DNA of 64,000 nucleotides from Giardia intestinalis (Eukaryota): NCBI GenBank assembly GCA_000002435.2, contig CM018792.1; one strand, 5' to 3'. Shown piece by piece: positions 42,075 to 52,761 of this stretch (position 1 is its first letter; each line of letters starts with the position of its first letter). The notes under the pieces were generated by a model. It saw only the letters and a program-made list of their open reading frames with translations, ran no database searches and was not told where the DNA came from. The position numbers and the translations under genes were made by a program.

Positions 42075-42164
42075 ACGAGGCGCCCTGTCGTGTGCCCGGA
42101 GGGACGGCGCTGCACGGGCGACGGGTGAGAGGTGGGATCGGCTCGTCGAGACAGAGTAATGGCT

Positions 42165-43493
42165 CTACTCGATAGCCCTTAGACCTCCTGCTTCACTGGC
42201 AACCATTCCTGAGTATGTAGCGAAGACCCGTGCGAATAGCCCGCCTTCCTCCGCCACTGGATTGTTGCTGAGATACAGGCCTATAGAGGGGAAGGTTGCA
42301 ATCTGATCCCCGAGAGTAAATGCATCAAAGATTGACCCCAGAAACAAAACAAGGAAGTCGACGAAGAGCTGGCCTGCGCCGGTAGTGTGCCACCGCCTCG
42401 CAGCAGAGCTGTCAGACACAAGGCTCTGGCCCGGCTCTGGGTAGGGAGGAGCCCATGCTGCAGGGCCGCTGAAGTTTTGACGAATACGCTCTACATATGC
42501 CTCGATGGGGGACGCAGCGGACCGACCGAACAGCCGCCCGATTAAACGAGGCCGCCCCCTTGCCCGGGCCAGCTTCAATCGCGCAGAAAAGTAGGGCCCC
42601 GTCTCTTCGATCCCGCTCAGCAAAAGGCCTGCCTCTCCGCTCTCACTCATCAGCCCAGTCGGGAAGGACACAGAAAAGGCGTGCTCGCACGCAGAAACGA
42701 AAGACCTGGCGGCGTGGAGCAGCGCAGTCAAGGGTCCGCTGTCGCCCAGGTGCATACAGCGCCTAACCTGTTCCGACACCGAAAGGACGAGTGAAGACAG
42801 GGACTCGCAGACAACGGCTGCTTCGCGGCAGAGAGCCGTGTAGAAGAGCTGGTCGCTCCAGTGCGCCGAAATGGAGGCAGCATCCTCCACACGGAGGCCG
42901 GACAGGAGGCTAGCCAGCTGGTCGGAGGCCTCTGGCTTCGTAAGATGCGCTTGAGCGCGCGTCTCGTGGCAGGCGCGGAGGCGCGAAGCAAGGATCCTGT
43001 CCAGCGCCCCTCGGATTCCTGCTGAAAAGTGCTCACAGATGGACGACGCCATGCACTGCCGCTGCCTCTCTAGAGAGACGCCACGGCCAGCCGGAGACGG
43101 GGATATGCTTAGGGCGGAGTGTGCGCGAAGAAGGCACCGGAGGCAGGCCGGGTCGCTGATCTGTGCCATGCAGGCACTCGAACACTCAATGGCGTCCAGC
43201 AAGCGGTCTGTTTCCTGCAGCCTTGCGAGCCGCGCTAGAAGCTGGTGGAGCCTTGCGCAGTGCGTCTCCGGGCCCACTCGGCTTCTCCCCGACATCGCGT
43301 CAGCCTGGCCCAGAAGAAGGCCCAGCCTAGAACGCAGGTCGCAGGCCCTGCGCCCCTCTCGGAGACGACTCGCCCCACCGGGGTCATGCCCACCTGTTGA
43401 CGCTGGAACAGGCGGCCGCACAAGCATCTGCAGCGCGGAGGACACAGGCGGAAAGGAGGGAGCCTCCGCCGGCGACGACGCCCTGGGCGCCAT
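42165..43493 (-). CDS. Hypothetical protein (442 aa), GC-rich, Ala/Arg/Leu/Ser-rich
   Basis: ATG at 43491-43493 (cat). Longest ORF in a GC-rich block where several overlapping ORFs exist in other frames. No recognisable domain. Confidence 0.4.
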   Translation of the reverse strand: MAPRASSPAEAPSFPPVSSALQMLVRPPVPASTGGHDPGGASRLREGRRACDLRSRLGLLLGQADAMSGRSRVGPETHCARLHQLLARLARLQETDRLLDAIECSSACMAQISDPACLRCLLRAHSALSISPSPAGRGVSLERQRQCMASSICEHFSAGIRGALDRILASRLRACHETRAQAHLTKPEASDQLASLLSGLRVEDAASISAHWSDQLFYTALCREAAVVCESLSSLVLSVSEQVRRCMHLGDSGPLTALLHAARSFVSACEHAFSVSFPTGLMSESGEAGLLLSGIEETGPYFSARLKLARARGRPRLIGRLFGRSAASPIEAYVERIRQNFSGPAAWAPPYPEPGQSLVSDSSAARRWHTTGAGQLFVDFLVLFLGSIFDAFTLGDQIATFPSIGLYLSNNPVAEEGGLFARVFATYSGMVASEAGGLRAIE

Positions 43494-44097
43494 AAACTTA
43501 AGATTTGGTCCACGGCCGGTGCATTACGCATGTAAACACCTTCCACGTCGAGTGCAGGATAGCCAGACCGGTGAGGGCCTTCGTTGCTATAGCGTGGCAA
43601 GTAGATGCGCATGCGGACCGGTGGACTAGGAGGTGAGGGCTCCTCGGAGACCGCGGTGAGTGGGCGATGGCTCGGGCTCTCTGCCGAGGAGGGCAACCAC
43701 GGCGAGGCTGCCGGCCCTTGCCGTCCGTCATGCTCTCGCCAGAGGGGTGCCTCCCGACTTGCTCCGCCTCCGGGGCTGGCAGCTGAATGAATGGGGTCCG
43801 GAAAGAAGCATGCGCGTGCCCGCTAGGTGATCTAGTGGTGCAGTCCAGGGCCAGTGGCTCCTCGTCGTCGGAGGCGCTAAGATGCTGCCCAGCGTGCCCG
43901 GTAGGCCAGTGCATTGTGCGACAGCCAAACGGGCTCTGTAGCCTGCCACTGCGTGGACGGGCCTGGGAGACACGACGCTACGCTGAAGCTCCAGTCCACC
44001 ACGGAAGGAGACGAAATCTCAAAATGCAATCGTATGCAATTTGGCAAGAATAATTCCCGGACAGGCGGACAACCGGAGAGGCTGCCGAGGAGGGCTC

Positions 44098-45375
44098 ATG
44101 CTTGCGTCTTCGTTGCGCTCCCTGATGGCGAACTACCACGCCACCGGCGGCGTCGTGCAGGACGCGGAGCTGCTGGCGCTGAGTGACGGCCTGCTCGAGG
44201 ATGCACGACGCAGCCCTGCCTCGTGTGCCTTCGCAGCGAGCCTTGCAACGCGCACAGCAGGGGAGGGGCCCGAGAGGCTGGAGCGGATCGTCCTGCTGTC
44301 AGACCTACAGCTCGGGGTGGAGCAGTCGTACGTCCTCTGGATCCTGGACCTCCAGCCGGAGAGCAGCGAATGCGTCCTCAACTGGCCTACAACGAGACTG
44401 CTGCTGTGCCTTGTGTGCGCGCATTTACTCGACGCCACCACATTCGGAGCGGCCCTTGCGGAGCTCTGTGTCATCGGGGGCGTAGACACTGTGCGGGACG
44501 TCTTGACTGCTCCCCTGGGCACCGGCGCAGCCCCGTTTCTGAGCGTTTATGCGTGTGGTACAGCGCTGCTGTGCATGCTGCTGGGCTTTGGCAAGGGCTG
44601 CGGAGACCCTTTCAGCGCTTGCCTTCCCCTACTGGAGATTCTGCGGGCTGACGCATGCGCGTTCACAGCCCATCGAGCCGCTTCGTCGGCCAATCCGCGG
44701 CTGCCTCCCACTGACCCGGCAGCCTTCCCCAGGCTTCTTACAGCCAGCGACACTTTCCAGGTGCTTCTCACATGCAGGCGGGCGCGCAAGTTGGCCGGCG
44801 CCGACTCTCTGATGTGCAGGCTTTCTGATGTGCAGGCCGTAACTGACAGGATTAACGGTGTGGCTACAATGGAGCTACGTGGCGCAACGGCATTGGTGGG
44901 GCTTTTTTCTACATGTATCGCTCCAGATAGCCTGGCTGCTCTGGTTGCAAACAGGGGCTCGCACTTTTGCCGCCTGGCAGCGGGCCTTGGTCCGCCCAAT
45001 CAGATAGAGGAGCAATGGTTTGGCAGCGTGTTTGAGGTGTTACTCTTCTTGCACTTTTTGTGTGCACAGGTGACCAGGTGGTTCCTGCCAGAGTTGCAGG
45101 GCGCTGTGAACGTGTTTGAACGAAGCAGAAGACTGATAGCAACATCGCAGTCTGACCCAAACTACGCAACAGTAGGGAGATGCGAGAGACAAGGAAATGG
45201 TGCGTCAATCATGTTCAGGTGGAGAGCAGACGAGTCATCTAGCTCACTACTCATCTGGAGCTCGATACAGCTTCGGACTGGTCTAAGTACCGGTGGGAGG
45301 CTGTTGTCACCCGAAGGTGTAAATAGACTTACGAAACTAAAAGAGATCCTTGCTGAGGCAGAGCAAGCATTTTAG
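44098..45375 (+). CDS. Hypothetical protein (about 425 aa from the first ATG; the ORF-track start at 44041 is TTG), GC-rich
   Basis: Uninterrupted ORF, divergent from 42165..43493. First in-frame ATG at 44098 (MLASSLRSLMANYHATGG...). No recognisable domain. Confidence 0.45.
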   Translation: MLASSLRSLMANYHATGGVVQDAELLALSDGLLEDARRSPASCAFAASLATRTAGEGPERLERIVLLSDLQLGVEQSYVLWILDLQPESSECVLNWPTTRLLLCLVCAHLLDATTFGAALAELCVIGGVDTVRDVLTAPLGTGAAPFLSVYACGTALLCMLLGFGKGCGDPFSACLPLLEILRADACAFTAHRAASSANPRLPPTDPAAFPRLLTASDTFQVLLTCRRARKLAGADSLMCRLSDVQAVTDRINGVATMELRGATALVGLFSTCIAPDSLAALVANRGSHFCRLAAGLGPPNQIEEQWFGSVFEVLLFLHFLCAQVTRWFLPELQGAVNVFERSRRLIATSQSDPNYATVGRCERQGNGASIMFRWRADESSSSLLIWSSIQLRTGLSTGGRLLSPEGVNRLTKLKEILAEAEQAF

Positions 45376-45435
45376 ACTACATCCCCAGTCTGACATTCCA
45401 AGGATGCGATTTTTATCTCAAAACTTGGTTTTAAG

Positions 45436-48400
45436 ATGACTTCTTTTCCTATCCGGATTGGACCCAGCGACTTTCTCTTCTACGGAAAAGAGTCGTCTAC
45501 CCTAAGAATTCATGCTGTTCATAGTGAGCCACTCATGGTAATACTTCAGACCATACTACGGCAAGCCAATTTAAGTTATGCCTTGGAGAAGAACGACTCT
45601 GTTGTCCCCGTAAAGGTCGAGCCCTCTGCACTAGTCATGAATCCTGATGACAGGAAAGCGATTGCTATTAGCTTTTCTCCTGCGCATATCAGTTCTTTTG
45701 CAATTGGAAAGATCCTTGTTAAGGTTGCTAAGCTTCATACAGAAGAGGTGATTGGCACGTATCAAGTGCCAATCCTTTGCCTAGCAGCGTGTGTAGACCT
45801 AAACTATGAACTCTTTCAGTCGACTAGTGATGGAACACACGGACTAACAGTCATAAACACAGGAAACTCCCATGGTTTTGTTTGTACCCGTAACTTCCAT
45901 GGCTCAGATATTGGGATCATATCCCCTGGGGAGCGCATCTTTTTGCCTACACTATCAGACGCATCATCATTGTTTATGGCACCAGTGCTTGTTCACGCAC
46001 TTGCATCTCTACTTACAGATGACGCGCTTTTTCGCACTGGTATGCATACAGATGTCATTGCTAGCCTTAAAGCAGAATTTCCAGAGTCAATTAAGGCCAG
46101 CATGGGCACAGCTCTGGATGACATAACGAAAATGGCATACTCTCTTTATAGCGCATACACTTCCTATCCATTTAAAAGCGACTTACTACGTTTTCTTATC
46201 AACCATTGCGTTTGGTACAGCTACAACAACGGAAAGCTAGATGAAAAGCCCATCTGGATCAATACCAGGATGCTACCTAATCATTGTACCACTGAGCTAT
46301 CTGGATCCTCGATTGGAGAAAGCGTTGAACCGCAGCTATTGTCTTCTTCAGACCTGTCTGTTACTTTACAGCCACTCGCCAACTCGACCCGCCCCATAGG
46401 AGGTATAAATGACCGAATGCTTAGCTCTTCAGACTCTGTATCTATTCGCACACATTTTGCTGACCACGCCCCCGGTAGACCACCTGTGATTCCACCAGCG
46501 TCGACCTCCACCCTTGAGCCTCGAAGACTAGTGATTGAAAGCGGCTATAACCTAGTTAGTAACAGTGATGAATCACCGGATACTCGCGTACACCAAGCGG
46601 CACCGAAGGCAGTCACTTCTTATCAGCCTAGTAGTCTGTGCAAATCTAACCTACCCCCTTCCTCGACTACTTCTGAACTATCAGCAACTCGAGTTGTTGC
46701 TGCTCCTTCTGCACATGCAGATATTTTATATTCACCCAAGAAGCCACCCTCAATCACATCCCCACAGTCACATACTGAGTGTAAAGCCAGTTGTCTGGGG
46801 CAGACTCCAGCCTTGGAAACTTCACCTAACGATCTACACAGTGTTACTGCACAATCTGTTTCTCGAATAAAGTCGCCGTCCAGTTCTGCCATCAATACTT
46901 CAATATATGGCGTGACCCAGCCACATACCTCGTCTACCCCCAGCTCTGCCACCCCAGTCGATGAGATTGAAAAGTCCATTATTAACTCAACCGGTGTCCC
47001 ACCGTCAGTCGCGCACTCTGCCCACCCATTGGAGTCCAATAACCAGAATACTTCCCAGCATCCATTTGAGCACGCATCTACAAATGTCTCATCTGCCCCC
47101 CAACGATCAGTTACCTTTACAGATGATTATTCTAGACGCAGTTATTGTGATCAGGATTCAGTCCATGATGCGTCCTCAGTTCACCGCTTTTCGACCCCAA
47201 CTCCATCACGATCAACACACTCATATATGCAATCGCCAGAAGATGCGTTGATTGGCAACACTGCAATTATGTACCAAGACTCACCTGCTAGAGCATCTTT
47301 ACCAAGTTTTGGTTCGAGGGTCAGATCGCATGAGTTTCCTTACTCACCCATTCCTGAGCATGTGTCCAATCCCTCTTCGCAGCATCTACTTCCATCTGGT
47401 TATGATTTACAGTATAAAAGTCCAGATAATAACGCAACAGCCCTAGAAAAAGAACTCATTGACCAGTACAATTCTACCCTAAGTGAGTATAGGAGCCTCA
47501 CACAAGCAATCAAAGATAATTCTCGCAGCGTAAGCAAATTAGCATCTGATTTAAAGGAAGAAAAAAGTAGCACACCTTATACACTCGAGCAAGACTTCAC
47601 TGACGAGTATTTACCGGACGTGCGTCCATTGTGCATTCACTTTGCTGAGGATAGCATTATTTACAACAATCCGGCAATGAAGTGGGCTGTTAACGGCGTG
47701 CCAATATATGAGCGTCCAAAGTACAATGCAACCATGTTCTGGAGAGTTCTAAATGATTCGTTTCTGCTGGGTGGTTCTCCGTTCTTTCCCCCTTACCTAG
47801 AATCTCATCGTGGGGTGAACACCACAGGGGGAATTTGCTACCTTACAGGCTCCGTTACTGTGGAAAATAACGCCAATCAGAGTGGATTTATGAACTCTCT
47901 TTTGCAGTCAGAGACTCTTCGTAACACTAACGTTTTAGATGCAGCAGAGGATCTACACTATCTTTATTACTCTCTTTCTTTTGTTACATTCGATCCCAGC
48001 ATATTGAGGATGCGCCTTAGCATTAAGGCTGATAGGCCGCTAACAGGGCGCTTGTCCCCTGGGGAGCAACATACAATAGAGATAACAATTGCAATTGCTT
48101 ATTCCGACGTTAGCGGAACAGATCTACCAGAAATACCCATGTTCTTACAGTCTTTCAACAGAGGCTCAGATAGAATGAGTGTAACAGATTCTGGGGCATC
48201 TCTTTTCTTGCGTGTCTTTGGTGCTCGGTTTGACCGACAGTTCTTTCAAGATGAACTAGAGAGCCTTGATACACTCCAAAATACGATTAGGACACCATCC
48301 CGCTTCAGTATCCGTGAGTGCATAGATTTGCCTGTACGCTTTCTCGATGGCATTGTCTGTGATCGAAATGTAGCTGTTAATCCTGTTAATCTGCAGGAGC

Positions 48401-50604
48401 ATAAGGTTGAGATTCAATGTAGTAGAAAAGGTGCTATGGCTAGTTATCCTGACTATACATATGCGGGATCACGGTGCACAAATAGTGAGAACAATACTCA
48501 GTGCTTCAATCTTCCTTTTCTGCGCTTCCTAGCATCAATCCCGTTAATAAAAGTGGAGGAAGGGCAATCCGTGACGTTTCCAGAACTGTTGTTACATTTA
48601 CCTGATGTGGATGTCTATGCGCAGAGAGAAAGACGCCAACAGCAAGCATTAGTATCGGAACACCTTGCCTATGCACGGAATTCTTTAGCCTCGAGGCCAG
48701 GGGCAGATGTCTTGTTTCTTTCTGGAAGATCATCTAGTTCTAAGCAACGTAAGCATGCAATTGATGCAATGTGTGCACAACTTTCCAGTTCTCAGTCTTT
48801 GCAAAAACCCATATTCAAAGGAGACGTTCTTTCAGCTGCACAATCTGTTCCAGTCATCATGCCTACAAGGTTACCACCTGGTGGAGGAGCTCATATCAAT
48901 AAACAGGTCAGCATTTCTGTCACTCCAGCTAGCACACCTATTCTTAGTGAGTACGTTAGAGAATCGATTGCTGACTTGCCCCAATATGATTCTGGTAGGG
49001 CTCCAGCTCCCATTCTTACGTCAGCGTTCGAATGCTTTATCACCGCGTTGCATACCACTAACGAGACGCCCTACTATCTTCATAGACATGGACAGCTACC
49101 TCCTGGATACTCCCTTGCTTCTGAAGTAGAATCTTCCAAGACAAACATCATTCTTTCACTGAAGGATTTGGACAAATACTCCAATGTCACTAAGTCAACC
49201 CGAGATTCAACAGAGTATCCCATTGCAACCATTACATTTGTTGTCAAATTCACTAGAAAACTCATTAAAAGATTACTAAGAACGCTTTCTTCTTGCGAAA
49301 ACTTGCCGTGCTTCCTTGAACAGAAGTACGAGATCAATATTAATAATCTTGCCCATCCTAACGCTTCCTCAGTGAGTTACCAGATCCTACTACGTATTCC
49401 ACTGCAAATAGACCCATCCAGTTTGGTATTTCTGAAAAGTGCAAGCCAAGTAACCCGTGTGGATCGTCTAATGGGAAGTTCGGCCCCACAATACAATACT
49501 CAGTCAACCAACGGTGCCGCTATGCTCATCTCAAATTGTGCAATGAACGTTAAAGCAGAAAACGTCAATGGCTTTCTTGACGGTCTTTGGACAGATAGTT
49601 ACTTTGTCAACCTTCCTCCATCCTTTGCTGGTGCAAAATCCTTTAGTTCTATATCCCTTCATAATGCTTCTGATTATCCTGTAATAGCTGTTCTTTCTGG
49701 CTTAGCTCTTCCATTCAGCTACAGGACTACTTGTCGACTGGAGCCGTTGTCTAGCCTCTTGGTGCCAATCAACTTTGCGCCCAAACGCCCAGGCCAGTAT
49801 AATGGAACCTTGACCATCTCATATAGCCAAGTTATTCCAGACGAAAAGCAGGAAGCGCTTCTACTTCAGAAGCGTATGCTTGACAGGGGATTTGGGACGA
49901 AGCATGCGTTTTCTAAATCGCACTACCTTGAGCTAGACGCTCTTGAACGTCTAGCAACCACGTCACCTTCTCTGTCGACAAGACCAAAGAGTGCGAATAT
50001 GTGGGATAATATGGTGGCGAAGCCTGCTGGAACAAAATGCAAGGAGCGAGCGAAATCAAGCAAGACAATCTCTCGTAACGGATTATCACACATGAAACAG
50101 TTAGCATATGGTGACACCAAGCTAATACCAGAGTGCAGCCGCTCGCAGATAATACCTCCTGGTCCCAAAAAGGCATTCTATGTCAAATTATCTGGGCTAG
50201 CACTGAATACTCCACTAATGGTGACTCAGCCACCTTCTCAACTATATAATACGCACCCAGAATATGAGCCAGAGATTCCAAAGGCCACAATCATATATCT
50301 GCAGAAAGGAACACGTACAGCCCGGATTCTTCTGACCAATGTCTCTGATAGAGCATTGCTTTATGATATTCAATTGCTAATCCCTGGGGATAGAGATTCT
50401 CACGACGCTGCATATCACATGCTAACCGTTATGCCACCAAGCGGTTGCATTGAGCCCAAGTGTCAGGCAGCTATATCCCTCCATGGAGCAAAACAGTTTC
50501 ACAACGAACTTTCCATCGTGCTCAACATCTACACTAAATACAGGTCCGATGGAGATCTTATGATGGCTCTGTCTTACCGTGGACTTGTTAAGATGCACGC
50601 GTAA
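45436..50604 (+). CDS. Large hypothetical protein (1722 aa) with a Ser/Thr/Pro-rich disordered region (aa ~280-620). Both ends possibly form beta-sandwich (ASH/MSP-like) domains, by inference only
   Basis: ATG at 45436. 5.2 kb uninterrupted ORF. N-terminal and C-terminal segments show alternating hydrophobic beta-strand patterns (e.g. KATIIYLQKGTRTARILLTNVSDRALLYDIQLL). Confidence 0.65.
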   Translation: MTSFPIRIGPSDFLFYGKESSTLRIHAVHSEPLMVILQTILRQANLSYALEKNDSVVPVKVEPSALVMNPDDRKAIAISFSPAHISSFAIGKILVKVAKLHTEEVIGTYQVPILCLAACVDLNYELFQSTSDGTHGLTVINTGNSHGFVCTRNFHGSDIGIISPGERIFLPTLSDASSLFMAPVLVHALASLLTDDALFRTGMHTDVIASLKAEFPESIKASMGTALDDITKMAYSLYSAYTSYPFKSDLLRFLINHCVWYSYNNGKLDEKPIWINTRMLPNHCTTELSGSSIGESVEPQLLSSSDLSVTLQPLANSTRPIGGINDRMLSSSDSVSIRTHFADHAPGRPPVIPPASTSTLEPRRLVIESGYNLVSNSDESPDTRVHQAAPKAVTSYQPSSLCKSNLPPSSTTSELSATRVVAAPSAHADILYSPKKPPSITSPQSHTECKASCLGQTPALETSPNDLHSVTAQSVSRIKSPSSSAINTSIYGVTQPHTSSTPSSATPVDEIEKSIINSTGVPPSVAHSAHPLESNNQNTSQHPFEHASTNVSSAPQRSVTFTDDYSRRSYCDQDSVHDASSVHRFSTPTPSRSTHSYMQSPEDALIGNTAIMYQDSPARASLPSFGSRVRSHEFPYSPIPEHVSNPSSQHLLPSGYDLQYKSPDNNATALEKELIDQYNSTLSEYRSLTQAIKDNSRSVSKLASDLKEEKSSTPYTLEQDFTDEYLPDVRPLCIHFAEDSIIYNNPAMKWAVNGVPIYERPKYNATMFWRVLNDSFLLGGSPFFPPYLESHRGVNTTGGICYLTGSVTVENNANQSGFMNSLLQSETLRNTNVLDAAEDLHYLYYSLSFVTFDPSILRMRLSIKADRPLTGRLSPGEQHTIEITIAIAYSDVSGTDLPEIPMFLQSFNRGSDRMSVTDSGASLFLRVFGARFDRQFFQDELESLDTLQNTIRTPSRFSIRECIDLPVRFLDGIVCDRNVAVNPVNLQEHKVEIQCSRKGAMASYPDYTYAGSRCTNSENNTQCFNLPFLRFLASIPLIKVEEGQSVTFPELLLHLPDVDVYAQRERRQQQALVSEHLAYARNSLASRPGADVLFLSGRSSSSKQRKHAIDAMCAQLSSSQSLQKPIFKGDVLSAAQSVPVIMPTRLPPGGGAHINKQVSISVTPASTPILSEYVRESIADLPQYDSGRAPAPILTSAFECFITALHTTNETPYYLHRHGQLPPGYSLASEVESSKTNIILSLKDLDKYSNVTKSTRDSTEYPIATITFVVKFTRKLIKRLLRTLSSCENLPCFLEQKYEININNLAHPNASSVSYQILLRIPLQIDPSSLVFLKSASQVTRVDRLMGSSAPQYNTQSTNGAAMLISNCAMNVKAENVNGFLDGLWTDSYFVNLPPSFAGAKSFSSISLHNASDYPVIAVLSGLALPFSYRTTCRLEPLSSLLVPINFAPKRPGQYNGTLTISYSQVIPDEKQEALLLQKRMLDRGFGTKHAFSKSHYLELDALERLATTSPSLSTRPKSANMWDNMVAKPAGTKCKERAKSSKTISRNGLSHMKQLAYGDTKLIPECSRSQIIPPGPKKAFYVKLSGLALNTPLMVTQPPSQLYNTHPEYEPEIPKATIIYLQKGTRTARILLTNVSDRALLYDIQLLIPGDRDSHDAAYHMLTVMPPSGCIEPKCQAAISLHGAKQFHNELSIVLNIYTKYRSDGDLMMALSYRGLVKMHA

Positions 50605-52519
50605 AGCTCACTGTTGAGCTTGATTTGTATATAGATGTTGCTACGCTTCTCTCTGCCTCTACAACCGAGAGACCGTGCTGCATGAGCTGTGAAATAGAAA
50701 TGGACCCCTCTGGAAGCGGCGACCCTGCGACGTAGCTGTCTAGTCTCAGGTACCCTGCCTCATGGCTTGCCTCTATTTTGCATTCTGTGTCCATTATTGT
50801 ATATGTGTCTGAAGAAGTTATTAGCCTCGGGTTAAATAGGTCTATCTTCTGATTCTCCCTTATGAGCATAGCCATCTGTCTATCGTGCTTATGCTCTTCA
50901 CTCCTCTCCATGGATCGTATTGCCCGAGCACGCTCAATGGATTCTATGGTTGTGTTCGCATCTGCAATTGCCAAGTCTTCGTTATGGAGGAGTTCCTCAA
51001 CTGGTGCAGGACACCGAATAGCGTTAAACCCGAACTGATCCCCGAGCAAGTCTACGTGGTAGCGAAACTTATCATCCTGAAACATTGTTTGGTCGAACTC
51101 AGGAACCTTGCTACCTCCATATCTATCAACAGAATTACTTTCATGTACCTGTGCATACTCCTGTGGAATGATCACTGGCTTGGGGAGAGACTCAAACTCT
51201 TTGTAGTAGCGTTCAAAATCATCCAGTATTGACTCCAACTCGTCTGTGCTGAATATAAACCTCCTCGAGGTGTCAGACCTTGAAGAGGACAGTTTTTCTT
51301 TTATAATCTGGTATATCTCGGATTGAAAATAGAATATGTTAGAGATTGCTGGCTGCATCTTTTGGTCAGGGTTAAGATTATTATCAAAGTGCGAGATCTG
51401 ATAGCTCATCCACCTCAATCGTGATAATGTGTTATATCGTGTGACATTAAAAGATGGACACTCAAATTTTGTGATGAAGTCTCCATACGGTGTCTGGATC
51501 AGTCTCTTGAACGGAGGAGACGTTCTGATGAGGATCTGCTTCTCTGGTATCCTGGTGTGGTGTACTCCTTGTTTACCCGTCTCAACTGCCATCCCATCCT
51601 TGTTAAGTATTGGTTGAGGTGTCAGGGACTTTATTTTCCTTTCTGTTGAACGATGGGTCTTGTAGATTGGCGGTTCGATCTGTTTGGTGAAGTATGACTC
51701 TATCACAGCTGGGCTCTTTTGTTCTGTGGCGCTTTCAGCAAGAATTTGCCCAATAAAATTAGCACCCTCATCTTTCGCCGTCGTTTTCTCGATGCCCAGA
51801 TAGCATGCCTTCCGTGAAACATACCCAGCATCACTTTCAGTTGGCCCGTAGCTTACTTGTTGTACTGAGTACTTTCTCAGTTCTTCACGACTCTCAGTTC
51901 CGTTGCTGTTATCATCTTCGCTGCATGACTTGATAGATTTGGTAGACTCATCTCTAAACGGAACAGTAGTAACTCCAGTAAGCTGGTCTAAAATTGGTAT
52001 TCCTGGAGTTGTCTCAAGTCCAGAAGCATCAAGATAGCATGCTCTTTGTGCCTCCTTCATCGAACTACTGGCTATAGAAACCGATTCTGGTTGCAAGTCG
52101 GCATCAGCTTCTATTAATGAAGAACTGGGAGAAGGCACAGGCAGATCTGATCCTTGTATGCACTGAGTAGCCTTTTTGCGTACAGACAACGGTGTAGAAG
52201 AAAGTGAGTGAAGTGGATTACTGGTGCTGGGACTCTTAGATTTGGCGGGTGTGGCTATCTCAGAGATATCTTTGTTCTTGACCATGATATGTGGCATTTT
52301 ATCCTGCGCTAACTGCATGCTATTTGCGAGTGCAGATGACGATCGTTTGGATCGAGCTGCTGATGTAATAACAGGGAGCTTGCACTTATAGGACCCTGCG
52401 CCTCTACTAAGCGGCCTTGCTATGTTGGGTGAGCTCTGAGGCACTGGGATAGGGTCTAGCATGAAGCTGGGTCTTGTACTCATAAAGGTTGTGAGGTTTA
52501 CACTTAGATTTAAAATCAT
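50588..52519 (-). CDS. Hypothetical protein (643 aa), Ser-rich N-terminal half; its 3' end overlaps the convergent upstream gene by 17 nt
   Basis: ATG at 52517-52519 (cat). Uninterrupted ORF. No recognisable domain. Confidence 0.55.
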   Translation of the reverse strand: MILNLSVNLTTFMSTRPSFMLDPIPVPQSSPNIARPLSRGAGSYKCKLPVITSAARSKRSSSALANSMQLAQDKMPHIMVKNKDISEIATPAKSKSPSTSNPLHSLSSTPLSVRKKATQCIQGSDLPVPSPSSSLIEADADLQPESVSIASSSMKEAQRACYLDASGLETTPGIPILDQLTGVTTVPFRDESTKSIKSCSEDDNSNGTESREELRKYSVQQVSYGPTESDAGYVSRKACYLGIEKTTAKDEGANFIGQILAESATEQKSPAVIESYFTKQIEPPIYKTHRSTERKIKSLTPQPILNKDGMAVETGKQGVHHTRIPEKQILIRTSPPFKRLIQTPYGDFITKFECPSFNVTRYNTLSRLRWMSYQISHFDNNLNPDQKMQPAISNIFYFQSEIYQIIKEKLSSSRSDTSRRFIFSTDELESILDDFERYYKEFESLPKPVIIPQEYAQVHESNSVDRYGGSKVPEFDQTMFQDDKFRYHVDLLGDQFGFNAIRCPAPVEELLHNEDLAIADANTTIESIERARAIRSMERSEEHKHDRQMAMLIRENQKIDLFNPRLITSSDTYTIMDTECKIEASHEAGYLRLDSYVAGSPLPEGSISISQLMQHGLSVVEAERSVATSIYKSSSTVSFTRAS

Positions 52520-52761
52520 CGAAAAGTGCCCAGAACGGTCGGCCTATCACTTCTTTATGGCCTGTTGGCTCTTTTGGTTCTGCTGCGGTAGGATCCTTTG
52601 CTGCCTATACTGGCAGTCGCCGACATAGTTTTGAACAATGGTGTTAAGGATGGGAATGCTTCTAGAGTCTATTTGCAGAGTGAGGAGCGTCTTTGCGTAG
52701 CTAATTACATCACTACTATAATCGACTTGCCTGTAGTCAATGGACATATGCTCGTACCGAT

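Noticed and set aside
22811-42159. Many long + strand ORFs (up to 214 aa) running antisense through the VSP array (e.g. 24665..25192, 26561..27142, 32013..32657), plus same-strand alternative-frame ORFs in the head gene (e.g. 40316..41302)
   Set aside because: They repeat with the units, are low-complexity (Pro/Ser/His/Thr-rich), and arise because the antisense of Cys/Thr/Gly-rich codons lacks stop codons. There is no independent coding signal.
43039-43629. 196-aa + ORF and other overlapping ORFs in the GC-rich block
   Set aside because: They are antisense to or overlap the longer 442-aa ORF. High GC suppresses stop codons in all frames.
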